64,000 nucleotides of DNA from Candidatus Zixiibacteriota bacterium (GTDB lineage: Bacteria; RBG-13-66-14; B26-G2; WVWN01): contig JASFLY010000010.1 in NCBI GenBank assembly GCA_050117845.1, forward strand, positions 28,812-92,811, read 5' to 3'. Shown here piece by piece: positions 1-9,202 of this stretch (the first letter of the stretch is position 1; the number at the start of each line of letters is the position of its first letter). Made by a program: the position numbers and the translations under genes. The notes under the pieces are model-generated. The model saw only the letters and a list, made by a program, of their open reading frames with translations, searched no databases and was not told the origin of the DNA.

Positions 1-2
1 GC

Positions 3-116
3 GTTATAGAGCGCGACTACCGCGGCGGCCTCGTGCGCATCCTCGCCGACGTGCCGCCGGGCCTGGCCCGCCGCCTGGAACCGTACGCCCCGGCCGACGA
101 AAGCGTAACGCCATGA
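3..116 (+). CDS. 3' end of a CDS running in from the window edge; resembles the C-terminal domain of GTPase HflX
   Basis: Frame reads VIERDYRGGLVRILADVPPGLARRLEPYAPADESVTP-TGA; the stop overlaps the gatB ATG (ATGA, 113-116). The HflX resemblance is from memory of the family C-terminus only. Confidence 0.45.
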   Translation, partial: VIERDYRGGLVRILADVPPGLARRLEPYAPADESVTP

Positions 117-1570
117 ACACGAACGGCAAATATGAAGCCACGATAGGCCTCGAGGTCCACGTCCAACTCAAGACCCGGGCCAAACTATTCTGCGGTTGCG
201 CCAACCGGTTCGGCGCCGCCCCCAATACGTTGACCTGTCCCGTCTGCCTCGGCCTGCCGGGGACGCTGCCGGTCCTCAACGGCGAAGCCCTGCGGCTGGG
301 CCTCCGGGCGGCAGTCGCGCTCGGAACCGATATCCCGGAAGCCACCTCCTTCGACCGCAAGAATTATTTCTACCCCGACCTGCCCAAGGGCTTCCAGATA
401 AGCCAGCACTTCAGCGCGCTGGGCCTCGACGGCGAAGTGGAGTACTGGGGCGAGGACGGCTTCGGCACCGTCGCGATAGAGCGGGTCCACCTCGAGGAGG
501 ACACGGCCAAGGCGGCCCACGCCGAGGCGTACGTCGGCCCCGACGAAACGCTCCTCGACTTCAACCGCGCCGGCGTTCCGCTGATGGAAGTAGTGTCCAA
601 ACCCGTAATGTCGTCCCCCGAGCAGGCCCGCCGCTACATCGTGGCGCTACGGCGCCTCCTGATCGAGGTCGGCGCCTCCGACTGCGACCTGGACAAAGGG
701 GCCTTCCGCATCGACACCAACATCTCGGTCAAACTCCGCGAGGCGGAGGAACTCGGCGAACAGGTCGAGATCAAAAACCTGAACTCCATCCGCGCGATGG
801 AGGCGGCGCTGGAGTACGAGTTCGAGCGCCAGGTGGCCGTGCTCGAGGCCGGGGATAAGGTGACCCGCGTCACCCTTCACTACGACGACGAGGCCGGCGA
901 GACGACGGTGACGCGATTCAAGGAGGTACAAGCCGACTACCGCTACTTCCCGGAACCGGACCTGCCGCCCGTGGGGATATCGACTTCTTACCTCGACGAA
1001 ATAACGGCCGAGTTGCCCGCCCCGCCCGCGGCCCGCATCCGCGAGCTGACGGACGAGTACGGCGCGGCGACGGCCGAGGCCGAGATGCTGGCTTTCACGC
1101 CGGGTTACTACGACTTCCTCGCGGCGGCCGCGGCCGCCTACGGCGGCGAGAAACGGGCCCTGGTGAACTGGCTCGTAGGGGACGTGACGCGAGAGTTGAA
1201 CGAACGCGGCTGGGACCTCGCCGGGGCGAAGCTGACGCCCGCGGCGCTGGCGGCGCTGCTGGCGTTGCTCGATTCGGGGACGGTGAACGTCCCCGCGGCC
1301 CGGGAAGTGCTGGCCCAGCTTATGAGCGAGGGCGGCGACCCGGAAACGATAATAAAAGAGAAGGACCTCGGGCAAATATCGGACGACGCGGCGCTCGAGG
1401 CCCACGTGCGCGAGGCGGCGGCGGCGAACCCCAAGGCCGTGGCCGATATCCGAGCCGGGAAAGAGAAAGCCCGCGGCGCCCTCGTCGGTTACGTTATGAA
1501 AAAGACGAAGGGGCGGGCCAACCCGCAGCGCGTTAACCAATTGATAGAGAAGGTGGCGGCGGAGGGATAG
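113..1570 (+). CDS. gatB: Asp-tRNA(Asn)/Glu-tRNA(Gln) amidotransferase subunit B
   Basis: IGLEVHVQL, CPVCLGLPGTLPVLN, FDRKNYFYPDLPKGFQISQ, ERVHLEEDTAK, DFNRAGVPLMEVVS, EIKNLNS, DYRYFPEPDLPP, C-terminal YqeY-like domain ending GRANP. Confidence 0.98.
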   Translation: MNTNGKYEATIGLEVHVQLKTRAKLFCGCANRFGAAPNTLTCPVCLGLPGTLPVLNGEALRLGLRAAVALGTDIPEATSFDRKNYFYPDLPKGFQISQHFSALGLDGEVEYWGEDGFGTVAIERVHLEEDTAKAAHAEAYVGPDETLLDFNRAGVPLMEVVSKPVMSSPEQARRYIVALRRLLIEVGASDCDLDKGAFRIDTNISVKLREAEELGEQVEIKNLNSIRAMEAALEYEFERQVAVLEAGDKVTRVTLHYDDEAGETTVTRFKEVQADYRYFPEPDLPPVGISTSYLDEITAELPAPPAARIRELTDEYGAATAEAEMLAFTPGYYDFLAAAAAAYGGEKRALVNWLVGDVTRELNERGWDLAGAKLTPAALAALLALLDSGTVNVPAAREVLAQLMSEGGDPETIIKEKDLGQISDDAALEAHVREAAAANPKAVADIRAGKEKARGALVGYVMKKTKGRANPQRVNQLIEKVAAEG

Positions 1571-1576
1571 CGCGGC

Positions 1577-1975
1577 TCAGTCGACTTCCTTCTTCATCTT
1601 CATGATGAGCCACATTTGCTCCTTCGTGTGCACCAGCACGAAGGAGCCTTTCAATTTCTCGCCGAACAGGTTGAGGACGTATTTGTAATCCTTGCGGTCG
1701 ACGAGTTCGTAGTCGCCGCGGTCCCAGATGGTAACCTCGCCCGCGCCGTAGCGCCCTTCCTCTATTTCCCCCTCGGAATCTATATAGGCCACGTCGTGGT
1801 CCTCGACCTCGACGGCGAGGCGCCGTTCTCCCGGTTTCGTCGAGATCCCCTTGGGAACGGCCCAAGATTTAAGCACGCCGTCCAGTTCCAGCCGGAAGTC
1901 GTAGTGATGCGTCTTGGCGTCGTGCTCCTGGACGACGAAGCGGCCTGTGACCTCCGGTTTTTCTTTTTCGCTCAC
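1577..1975 (-). CDS. Stand-alone LigD 3'-phosphoesterase (PE) domain protein
   Basis: RFVVQEHDAKTHHYDFRLELDGVLKSWAVPKG, RRLAVEVEDH, YGAGEVTIWDRG are diagnostic LigD PE motifs; 132 aa. Confidence 0.92.
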   Translation of the reverse strand: MSEKEKPEVTGRFVVQEHDAKTHHYDFRLELDGVLKSWAVPKGISTKPGERRLAVEVEDHDVAYIDSEGEIEEGRYGAGEVTIWDRGDYELVDRKDYKYVLNLFGEKLKGSFVLVHTKEQMWLIMKMKKEVD

Positions 1976-2003
1976 GGAACCTCGTTCCTATCCCGCCGGC
2001 CGG

Positions 2004-3572
2004 TTAATCTTCCCGGCCGCCGCGGCGCCGCCGGCCGTTGCCGTTCCCGCCCTCACCCCGAACGACCTCGGCCTTCTTCGGGTCGCCGACGACCCGGATG
2101 GCCGCTTCCCCTTCCACCGGGCACGCGTATTCGCATATCCCGCAACCGACGCAACGCTCTGCCTGGACGTGCGGTTTGAGTCGGCCCCGCCCCTGCAGTA
2201 CGATGGCCTTGGGCGCCGTGGGGCACATCTCCTCACACACGCTGCAGTCCTCCTGGCCGGACCAGGGCAGACAGCGGTCGCGGTCGATGGCCGCGAGGCC
2301 GAGGACTTCCTTCTTTTTTTGACTCTCGGTGAGGGGCCGTAGCGCGTCCGTGGGGCAGACCTGCGTGCAGAGCGTGCATAGATACTCGCAGTAGCCGCGC
2401 CGGGGGACGAGCGTCGGCGTCCAGAGGCCCGTGAGGCCCGCCTCCAGGTGGACCGGCGTCAGGCCCTGCGTCAGGCACACGCGAATGCACTCGCCGCAGC
2501 GAATGCACTGTGCCAGGAAGTCCTCCTCGGCGCCGGAGCCGGGGGGCCGGATGAGGAAGGGGTCACTCTCGGCCCGGCCGTCGAGCGCCAGGACCGTGGG
2601 GGCCGCGGCCACGCTCGCGCCGGTGGTGATGAGGAAGGAACGCCGCGACAGCGCCGGGGCCCAGGTCGTCGGGTTCTCGGGAGGGCGCTTCCGGCCGAAT
2701 CCGAAGCTGATGGCCCCGGGCCGGCAGGTCGGGAGGCAGTCCATGCACAGGTTGCACTCCGCCTGGGCCGTGCTCTCGCCGCTCCCGCCGATGGCCCCCA
2801 TCCGGCAGACGTTCCGGCATCGCCGGCAGTCGGTGCACACCGGCCCCTCGACTCGGCGGCCGAAGGGCGAGGCCCAACCGACGACGGCGAGCAGGGCGCC
2901 GGTGGGGCAGATATAACGGCAGTAGAAGCGGCGCCGGATCAGTCCCAGAAGGATAAGGCCCGTAAGTATTATCGTTATCGGCAGGTGCCCGGGGATGATG
3001 ACGGCGTTCTCGGCCACGACGTGCTGGCGGAGGGAATAGGCGAAATCCTCCAGCGCCGGGACCTTGTAGAGCAGCGCCGTGGTTTTGTCCAGGCCGATGG
3101 AAACGTACGGAACGAGCGACGTCGCGAGCGTACGGGGGAAGAGGGAAAGCGGGTCGAACCATCCGGCCAGTTGGATGCCGAACGCCGCGAAAATGATGAG
3201 GGCGACCAGCAGGAGTACGCGCCAGGTGCGGTGGCGAGGCGCGTCTCCCTCGCGGCGGCGCTTGCGGAAAATCTTCCCGATGACGGAGTCGCCGGCGTCG
3301 AGCAGCGTGCCGACGGGGCAGACCCAGCCGCAGAACGCGCGCCCCAGCAGGAGAGTCAACCCCAGGATGATGAGCGCCGGCCAGAATGCGGTAATAATAG
3401 CTCGGCTCGCCACCATCGTCGTAACGGCGAGGAGCGGCGAGAAGCGGGCGATATAATCGTACGGGAGGTTCCGGTCGAGGGGATAGGTGGTCACCGCCAC
3501 CACGTAGCACGCGGCGAAAAAGAAGATTATCTGGCTCGCCCGGCGAAGCCACTTCCATGCGGTGGGGGGCAT
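2004..3572 (-). CDS. Membrane-bound polyferredoxin (NapH/YccM-like membrane domain plus NapG/MauM-like 4Fe-4S domain)
   Basis: GRAFCGWVCPVG and RRFYCRYICPTG motifs, several CxxCxxCxxxCP ferredoxin motifs, IRPPGS, hydrophobic N-terminal helices, internal SRRSFL twin-arginine motif. Confidence 0.9.
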   Translation of the reverse strand: MPPTAWKWLRRASQIIFFFAACYVVAVTTYPLDRNLPYDYIARFSPLLAVTTMVASRAIITAFWPALIILGLTLLLGRAFCGWVCPVGTLLDAGDSVIGKIFRKRRREGDAPRHRTWRVLLLVALIIFAAFGIQLAGWFDPLSLFPRTLATSLVPYVSIGLDKTTALLYKVPALEDFAYSLRQHVVAENAVIIPGHLPITIILTGLILLGLIRRRFYCRYICPTGALLAVVGWASPFGRRVEGPVCTDCRRCRNVCRMGAIGGSGESTAQAECNLCMDCLPTCRPGAISFGFGRKRPPENPTTWAPALSRRSFLITTGASVAAAPTVLALDGRAESDPFLIRPPGSGAEEDFLAQCIRCGECIRVCLTQGLTPVHLEAGLTGLWTPTLVPRRGYCEYLCTLCTQVCPTDALRPLTESQKKKEVLGLAAIDRDRCLPWSGQEDCSVCEEMCPTAPKAIVLQGRGRLKPHVQAERCVGCGICEYACPVEGEAAIRVVGDPKKAEVVRGEGGNGNGRRRRGGRED

Positions 3573-3574
3573 GG

Positions 3575-4495
3575 CTAGGCCGAGAAGGTCGTGACGTCCA
3601 TGCGCTCGAGGTCGGCGGTCCCGAAGCCGCGACGGCCGGCCTCCTTGACGACGCCGAGTTCTTCGGGTTCCATACCGAAGAGCGTCGCGGCGTAGGCGTC
3701 GGCCGCGGTAACGTCCTTGGCGACTATAATTTTATCCAAACGTTTAACGTATTCTGCTTTGCCGCCGGTGGGGCCGTTACTCGTCAGGATCCGGGTGGCG
3801 TCGATTACGGTGAGGGTCGGGGTCAGGACCTCGGCCAGGTCGACCAGCTTCTTACTGAGGTTCTGGTGCCAGCGGCCGCGGTCCTCCAGGATAAGGCCCA
3901 TGAGGTTTTTTATCCCGAGCGTGAGGCCCGCGAGCGAGTGGTCCTTCGCGATGGGGACGTTGATGAAGACGTCGGCCTTCAGCGCTTCGGCGTAAATCTT
4001 CGCTTTCTTGACGGCCACGCCGTTCGGGAGGTCCAGGTTTTTAGCGAGCGCCGTGTCCACATACGATACGTCGGCTCCGGCGTCCCGGGCGGCGTCGGCG
4101 ATGCCGCTGGAACTGTAACTGCGTTTGCAGTTCACGCAGGTGTGGTCGTAAACCTTGACCTCGCCGGCGTCGGCGGCGAGGCACAATTCCACCAGCGCCG
4201 CGACGACGAGCGGGTTTGTGTTGGCGGCGTACTCCGGCGCCCGGTCCCAACCGATATTAGGTTTTACGAGTACGCTGTCGCCGCTCTTGATGTACTTCGA
4301 AAGGCCGCCGAATTCGTCGAAGGCCCGGGTGAGCATGTTCTTGTACTTGGTGCCGCCCGCCACGACTACCTTGGCGGTCTTGGACGGGGCGTAAGGCCAC
4401 ACGGCCTCGTCCGCGAACGCGACGCTGTCCAGGATGGCCGCGGCTCCCGCGGCGATTCCCAGATTGCGGAAAAACTCTCGTCGGCTTATGGTCAT
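3575..4495 (-). CDS. DUF362 family (putative Fe-S) protein with Tat signal peptide
   Basis: N-terminal SRREFFR Tat motif; VLVKPNIGWDR..EYAANTNP, INVPIAKDH...LTLGIKNLMG, NGPTGG. Confidence 0.88.
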   Translation of the reverse strand: MTISRREFFRNLGIAAGAAAILDSVAFADEAVWPYAPSKTAKVVVAGGTKYKNMLTRAFDEFGGLSKYIKSGDSVLVKPNIGWDRAPEYAANTNPLVVAALVELCLAADAGEVKVYDHTCVNCKRSYSSSGIADAARDAGADVSYVDTALAKNLDLPNGVAVKKAKIYAEALKADVFINVPIAKDHSLAGLTLGIKNLMGLILEDRGRWHQNLSKKLVDLAEVLTPTLTVIDATRILTSNGPTGGKAEYVKRLDKIIVAKDVTAADAYAATLFGMEPEELGVVKEAGRRGFGTADLERMDVTTFSA

Positions 4496-4527
4496 ATGTG
4501 TTCCCCCTCAAGATTGAGTTATAAGTA

Positions 4528-4986
4528 TCACTCCCGGCGGGACCGGAAGAATTCTTGCAAAAGCGCCGCGCACTCGTCCTCGAGGACGCTTCCCGCGACG
4601 GCGACGTGATGGTTGAACGGGGCCGCCGGCACGTCGACGACCGAACCGCAACCGCCGAACTTGGGGTCGGCCGCGCCGTAGACGATGCGGTCGACCCGGG
4701 ACAGGAGGGCCGCGAAGGCGCACATGGGGCAGGGCTCGAGCGTGACGTATAGGGTGGAGCCGCCCAGGCGGCGGTCGCCCCGTTCGGCGCTGGCCCGCCG
4801 CAGGGCCTCGAGTTCGGCGTGGGCTATCGCTTGGCCCGTGGCCTCGGTGCGGTTGTGGCCCTTGCCTATAACCTCGCCGCCGTACACGACGACGGCCCCC
4901 ACCGGGACTTCGCCCTCCTCGGCCGCCACCCGGCCTTCGGCCAGGGCGTCTCGCATAAAGCGTTCGTCTTCGGGCAGTTGGGGCAT
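4528..4986 (-). CDS. tadA: tRNA adenosine(34) deaminase
   Basis: GEVPVGAVVV, HAE, LYVTLEPCPMC, GAADPKFGGCGS, LLQEFF. Confidence 0.93.
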   Translation of the reverse strand: MPQLPEDERFMRDALAEGRVAAEEGEVPVGAVVVYGGEVIGKGHNRTEATGQAIAHAELEALRRASAERGDRRLGGSTLYVTLEPCPMCAFAALLSRVDRIVYGAADPKFGGCGSVVDVPAAPFNHHVAVAGSVLEDECAALLQEFFRSRRE

Positions 4987-5045
4987 CGTCGCGGGTGGGG
5001 TTTAGTTTTGATTATATATAAATTATATGATAACCTCGGCGGGAA

Positions 5046-6902
5046 ATGTTGAAGAAATCGGTGCTGGTATTCGTTTGCTTCTGGACCCTGGGCCTCGCCG
5101 CCGCGGAGGAGTACCCCTATTATTACGCGCTCGAGCCGTTGCCGGAGGACCGCTACGGCGGCCTGGAGACGGTCACCGGGAGCGGGTATATCCCCCTGAC
5201 GAGCGGCGAGTATCCCGGGACCGTCCGCGTCCTCGACGGCGAGTTCCTGCGGAATCGGGGCTATCTCTGGCTCGGCCGGGCGCTCGCGGAAGAGGCCGGC
5301 GTCTACGTGGAGTACGTCCCGGGCCGCGAGGGGCCGGTGATGGTTCCCCGCATTCGCGGCGGTACCGGCCACGGGGTCCTGGTGCTCGTCGACGGCGTCC
5401 CGCTCGAGGACGTGGCGACCGGGTGGTCGGATGTGCAGGGGGTGCCGGTGGAGGCCGTGGCCCGCGTCGAGGTCATAACCGGCCCGGCGTCCTGCCGCTT
5501 CGGCGACCGGGCCGTCGCCGGCGTCATCAACGTCGAGACGATGACCGGCCCCCGGGAGGCGGCGCGCGCCCTCCTCTCCGCCTCGGACGGCACGTACGAC
5601 TCCGAACGTTACCGTTTCAATTTCGGCATGACGGCCCGCGGCTTCGACCTCTACGGCAGCGGCAATCGCATCCTGACGCAGGAGCCCAACACCCGGGAGC
5701 GCAACTCGTCCACCAACTTCGACGGCCGCGTGGGGCGGCGCTGGGAAAACGTCGGGGCGCTGGACCTGGCCATAGGCCACTTCGACGCCTACGAGAACAC
5801 GCTGCACCCGGGCGAGTGGGAAGAGGTGGTGTACGCGCCCGGCCTCCAGGATCACAGCCACGACCGTTTCCGGCTGGCCGGGAACAGGAAATGGGGAAAC
5901 GGCGAACTGCGGGGCCTGGCGTACTACGTACTCAGCAAGCGCGAGTTCGGCGATTACCTGAGCGGCCGCTACTACCGGACGAAGGCTCACGAGGGCAAGG
6001 TCGAGGTTTCGTACACGCTGTCGCACCTCGAGGACAGCGGCCTGACCTTCGCTACGGCCGGCGGCGTGCGGGCCGACGCCCACAGCGGCGAGCGGGCGAT
6101 AATAATGTCGGGGCGCGTACTGGAGGAGCTGCGGCCGGCGGGGCCGCTGTACCTGGCGGCGGGCGCGAGCTACGACGCGCTGGCGGAAGTCGGCGGCGCG
6201 TTGAGCCCGCGGCTCGCGGTCTCGGCGATGGTGACCGAGGGCCTCAAGGCCTACGGGTCGTTCTCGGGCGGCGTGCGGCTTCCCTCGGCGGCGGAGCTGG
6301 GCCGGCGCGAGGAGATCCTCCGGGAGCGGGGATACGAGGCCGGCCTGCGCTTCTATCGCCGGGGCGGGGCCGAACTGGGCGCGGCGTATTTCCAGAGCCA
6401 GGGGAAAGACGCGTATCTGGAGGACGCGGCCGAGTGGACCGGGGAACTGAAGCGGCGCGGCGTCGAGGCCTCGGCCGAGGGGCGCCTGCCGCCCTGGTTC
6501 GACTGGTACGGGAGTTACTGCTTCGCCGACGTGACCCGGGCCGACGGCAGCGAGGTCGGCTTCGTTCCCCGGCATCGGGCTTACGGGAAGTTCGGCGCGC
6601 TCAAGGGTTTTCTCAAGAACGACCTCACGATACGCGCGGACGTTACGGCCGAGTACGACAAGTTCCGGGCCCGGGCGGACCTCGCCGGCGGCGGGTCGGC
6701 GGCGGCGCCCGCGCCCAATTACGACATGCCGGACGAGTACTGGACGGTGGGCGCGCATCTCTCCATCGCCGTGGTCTCGTTCCAGTTGTATTACAATGTG
6801 GAGAATATCAACCAGACCCGGGATTGGGGCGCCCGCCCCGGGTACTCGTATCCCGGCCGAATTAGAACTTACGTCGGCTTCAACTGGACCCTATACGACT
6901 GA
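5046..6902 (+). CDS. TonB-dependent receptor-like outer-membrane beta-barrel with plug domain
   Basis: Sec signal; plug motifs IRGG..GVLVLVDGVP and VARVEVITGPASCRFGDRAVAGVINVET; amphipathic strands; C-terminal VENI...YPGR..YVGFNWTLYD. Confidence 0.85.
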   Translation: MLKKSVLVFVCFWTLGLAAAEEYPYYYALEPLPEDRYGGLETVTGSGYIPLTSGEYPGTVRVLDGEFLRNRGYLWLGRALAEEAGVYVEYVPGREGPVMVPRIRGGTGHGVLVLVDGVPLEDVATGWSDVQGVPVEAVARVEVITGPASCRFGDRAVAGVINVETMTGPREAARALLSASDGTYDSERYRFNFGMTARGFDLYGSGNRILTQEPNTRERNSSTNFDGRVGRRWENVGALDLAIGHFDAYENTLHPGEWEEVVYAPGLQDHSHDRFRLAGNRKWGNGELRGLAYYVLSKREFGDYLSGRYYRTKAHEGKVEVSYTLSHLEDSGLTFATAGGVRADAHSGERAIIMSGRVLEELRPAGPLYLAAGASYDALAEVGGALSPRLAVSAMVTEGLKAYGSFSGGVRLPSAAELGRREEILRERGYEAGLRFYRRGGAELGAAYFQSQGKDAYLEDAAEWTGELKRRGVEASAEGRLPPWFDWYGSYCFADVTRADGSEVGFVPRHRAYGKFGALKGFLKNDLTIRADVTAEYDKFRARADLAGGGSAAAPAPNYDMPDEYWTVGAHLSIAVVSFQLYYNVENINQTRDWGARPGYSYPGRIRTYVGFNWTLYD

Positions 6903-6917
6903 GCGGAGGAGTACGCG

Positions 6918-7055
6918 ATGAAGTGGGCGGCGATTTGGCTCTCCTTTTTAACGCTCTTATACGTAATAAACCTCGTGAGCGACTTCATCCAGGCCCGTCG
7001 CGTGCGGGCGCTCGCGGAACGCGTTAAAAAGCTGGAGGAAGCGGCCGGGAAGTAG
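6918..7055 (+). CDS. Small 45-aa single-pass membrane protein (not in the ORF track)
   Basis: GGAGGA RBS 7 nt before the ATG; MKWAAIWLSFLTLLYVINLVSDFIQARRVRALAERVKKLEEAAGK; followed by a terminator. Confidence 0.7.
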   Translation: MKWAAIWLSFLTLLYVINLVSDFIQARRVRALAERVKKLEEAAGK

Positions 7056-7077
7056 GCCCGGACGCGCCCAAATGAAG

Positions 7078-7102
7078 AAGCGGCCCGAAGGCCGCTTTTT
7101 TT
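7078..7102. terminator. Intrinsic terminator between convergent genes
   Basis: AAGCGGCC-CGAA-GGCCGCTT hairpin followed by a T-run. Confidence 0.8.
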
Positions 7103-8054
7103 ATTTAAATTTGATTAAATGCTTAAGGCCCGGAGCGCCCCGGTCCAGGAGGCCCGGCAGGTCCTCGAAGGAGTGGACTTCCTCGATCAAGGGCGTCGGG
7201 TCTATGAGGCCCTCGGCGAGTAGTTTCAACGCCGGCTTGAAGGGGCCGCAACGGTTCCCGACGAGTTCGACCTCGTTGATGACGGCCGGCGCCAGGTCCA
7301 CGTTGTACGGATCGGCCATGGTCGTCTTGAATACGACCTTGCCGCGGGGGCCGACGTAACGCAAAGCGTGCTCCAGGCCGTCCGCGACGCCCGTGCACTC
7401 CACGACGACGTCGTAGTGCCGTTCCGGGACCTCGTCCGGTTTGAGGATGGGAACCGGCCGGCCCATCCGGGCCAGTTCGTCCGTGCGGCCGGGGTGGTGG
7501 CCCACGACGACGACCGGCGCGCCCGTGAGGCTGAGGACCTGGGCGACCAACAGGCCCAGCTTCCCGTCGCCCATGACCGCTATCTCGTGCGTTGGCGCGA
7601 CGTGGTTGAGTTCGACCACGTTGAGCGCCGCGGCCAGCGGCTCCGTGAAGACGGCCTTCTCGTCGGGGATGCCCTCCGGGACCTCGTGCAGGTTGACGGC
7701 GGGGAGGCTCAGGAATTCGGCGAAACAGCCGTCGCGGCCGTCTATCCCCAGGACCGTGCGGTATTCGCAATGGTTGCCCATGCCCTTCATGCAGTGGCCG
7801 CACATGTCGCAGGGGCAGTTAATCTCGCCGACGACGCGTTTGCCCACCCAGTCGCCCGGCCCCGCGTCCACGACGCCCACGAACTCGTGCCCCGGGACGC
7901 CGGAGAAGGACAGGTAGCCCCCGGCCAACTGGATGTCGGTGTCGCACACGCCCGCGTACGTGACCTCGATTATAGCCTCGTCGCGTTCGGGCTTCGGCTT
8001 CTCGTACGACTCGTCTAGGGTGAATTCTCCGTTTTTAATCAGTAGCGCTTTCAA
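7101..8054 (-). CDS. Zinc-dependent medium-chain alcohol dehydrogenase (MDR family)
   Basis: Probable TTG start (LKALLIKNG) after an AAGGGGG RBS; GVCDTD, GHEFVG, CxxCxxCx7C structural Zn site, GDGKLG nucleotide-binding motif. The ORF-track start at 8759 is a spurious extension. Confidence 0.9.
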   Translation of the reverse strand: MKALLIKNGEFTLDESYEKPKPERDEAIIEVTYAGVCDTDIQLAGGYLSFSGVPGHEFVGVVDAGPGDWVGKRVVGEINCPCDMCGHCMKGMGNHCEYRTVLGIDGRDGCFAEFLSLPAVNLHEVPEGIPDEKAVFTEPLAAALNVVELNHVAPTHEIAVMGDGKLGLLVAQVLSLTGAPVVVVGHHPGRTDELARMGRPVPILKPDEVPERHYDVVVECTGVADGLEHALRYVGPRGKVVFKTTMADPYNVDLAPAVINEVELVGNRCGPFKPALKLLAEGLIDPTPLIEEVHSFEDLPGLLDRGAPGLKHLIKFK

Positions 8055-8116
8055 AGTAACCCCCTTACGGTGCCGGGTGTCACTTCCGGCGCGGTGAGCG
8101 CCGGCCGAATCGGGAT

Positions 8117-8776
8117 TTAAACTTCGTCGTCGGCCGTATCGGCCTCCAGTAATTTTCGGTAATAAGACTCGCTGGTGTACAGCGCCGCCGCCGGGTTGTG
8201 GCCGGTGACTCTGTCCTTCGCGATGAGGACCGTGACCGGGGCCGCCGAGTGCCGGAAGAAGAGGCTGTCGTGCCCCACGCACAGGCCCACGGCGACGTTG
8301 AGTTCCGTGCCCGCCGCGGCGAGCAGGGCCGCCTGGGCGACGGGGTTGCACAGCGCCTCGTACTCGCCGGGGCGTATCTTCTCGTCGTCGCGCAGGCCGA
8401 TGTCCTCCTTGGGGACCGAGCCGACCTTGCAGCATATGCTGCTGACGCGGAAACCGCCGGCCTCGAATATCCGTGTCGCCAGCGCGGCCTCCCGCCGCAG
8501 GCCCACGCAGAACGCGAGGCCCAGGTGCCGGACGCCCAGCCGGCGGGCGAAGCTCATAACTTCCTCGACCCGCGTCTCGCGGCAATACCCCGCCGCCTCG
8601 GTGCGCGCGGCCGCCGCGGCCAGCTCCCGCGTCGCCGCGTCGTCGTACGCCGCCCGTGCCCGGGCCAGCGTTTCCCCGGCCCCGGGGATGGGGCAGAAGG
8701 CCGGGTATTCCACGGTCCCCGGTTCCGCCCGACACGCCTGCACGGCGCAGGCGGCGCATTTGAGTTCGAGGTCCAC
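8117..8776 (-). CDS. DUF1847 family Cys-rich putative metal-binding protein
   Basis: TRVEEVMSFARRLG, LGLAFCVGL, SICCKVGS, LCNPVAQA, LNVAVGLCVGHDSLF, KDRVTGHNP. Confidence 0.88.
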   Translation of the reverse strand: MDLELKCAACAVQACRAEPGTVEYPAFCPIPGAGETLARARAAYDDAATRELAAAAARTEAAGYCRETRVEEVMSFARRLGVRHLGLAFCVGLRREAALATRIFEAGGFRVSSICCKVGSVPKEDIGLRDDEKIRPGEYEALCNPVAQAALLAAAGTELNVAVGLCVGHDSLFFRHSAAPVTVLIAKDRVTGHNPAAALYTSESYYRKLLEADTADDEV

Positions 8777-8791
8777 GTTACCGGGTACGGC

Positions 8792-9202
8792 CTAGTCCGG
8801 CTTATCGCCCCGCTGGAACTTCTCCATGCGGGCCTTGCGCTCGGCGCGTTTCCGGGCCTTCTCTTCCTCCGGCGTTTCGGCCGGGGCCTGGCTTCCTTCG
8901 GGCGCGTAATGGTACGAGAGGGCTTTAACGTACGTGTCGATAAAACCCTTGAGTTCCTCTCGCATCTTCTGGAGGGTGGGGACGAAGTCGGCCGAGGCCG
9001 GCGACATCTCCGCGGCGAAGATGCGGTTGTCCAGCTCCTTGAGCTCTTCGGTCCACTTGCGCTCGAATATCTTGACGACCTCCGGCGTGAGTACGGTCTC
9101 GCCGGCGTCGAGGCGCTTGAACTCGCCCATCATCTCCCCGCGGATGTACTCGGCTTTGTCCCGGGCGGTGGAGACGACTTCGGGCTCAGTCGAATCGGAC
9201 AT
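8792..9202 (-). CDS. Hypothetical helical, charged protein
   Basis: 136-aa ORF with host-like codon usage; overlaps the end of the upstream gene by 17 nt. Confidence 0.7.
   Translation of the reverse strand: MSDSTEPEVVSTARDKAEYIRGEMMGEFKRLDAGETVLTPEVVKIFERKWTEELKELDNRIFAAEMSPASADFVPTLQKMREELKGFIDTYVKALSYHYAPEGSQAPAETPEEEKARKRAERKARMEKFQRGDKPD

Noticed and set aside
4987..5045. Cobalamin riboswitch before the TonB-dependent receptor
   Set aside because: The intergenic region is only 59 nt, AT-rich and shared with divergent tadA; no B12-box, so a btuB call is unsupported.
8055..8759. N-terminal extension of the alcohol dehydrogenase (552-aa ORF)
   Set aside because: It is an alternative frame over the DUF1847 gene with Arg/Gly/Pro-rich junk composition; the MDR domain starts at TTG 8054.
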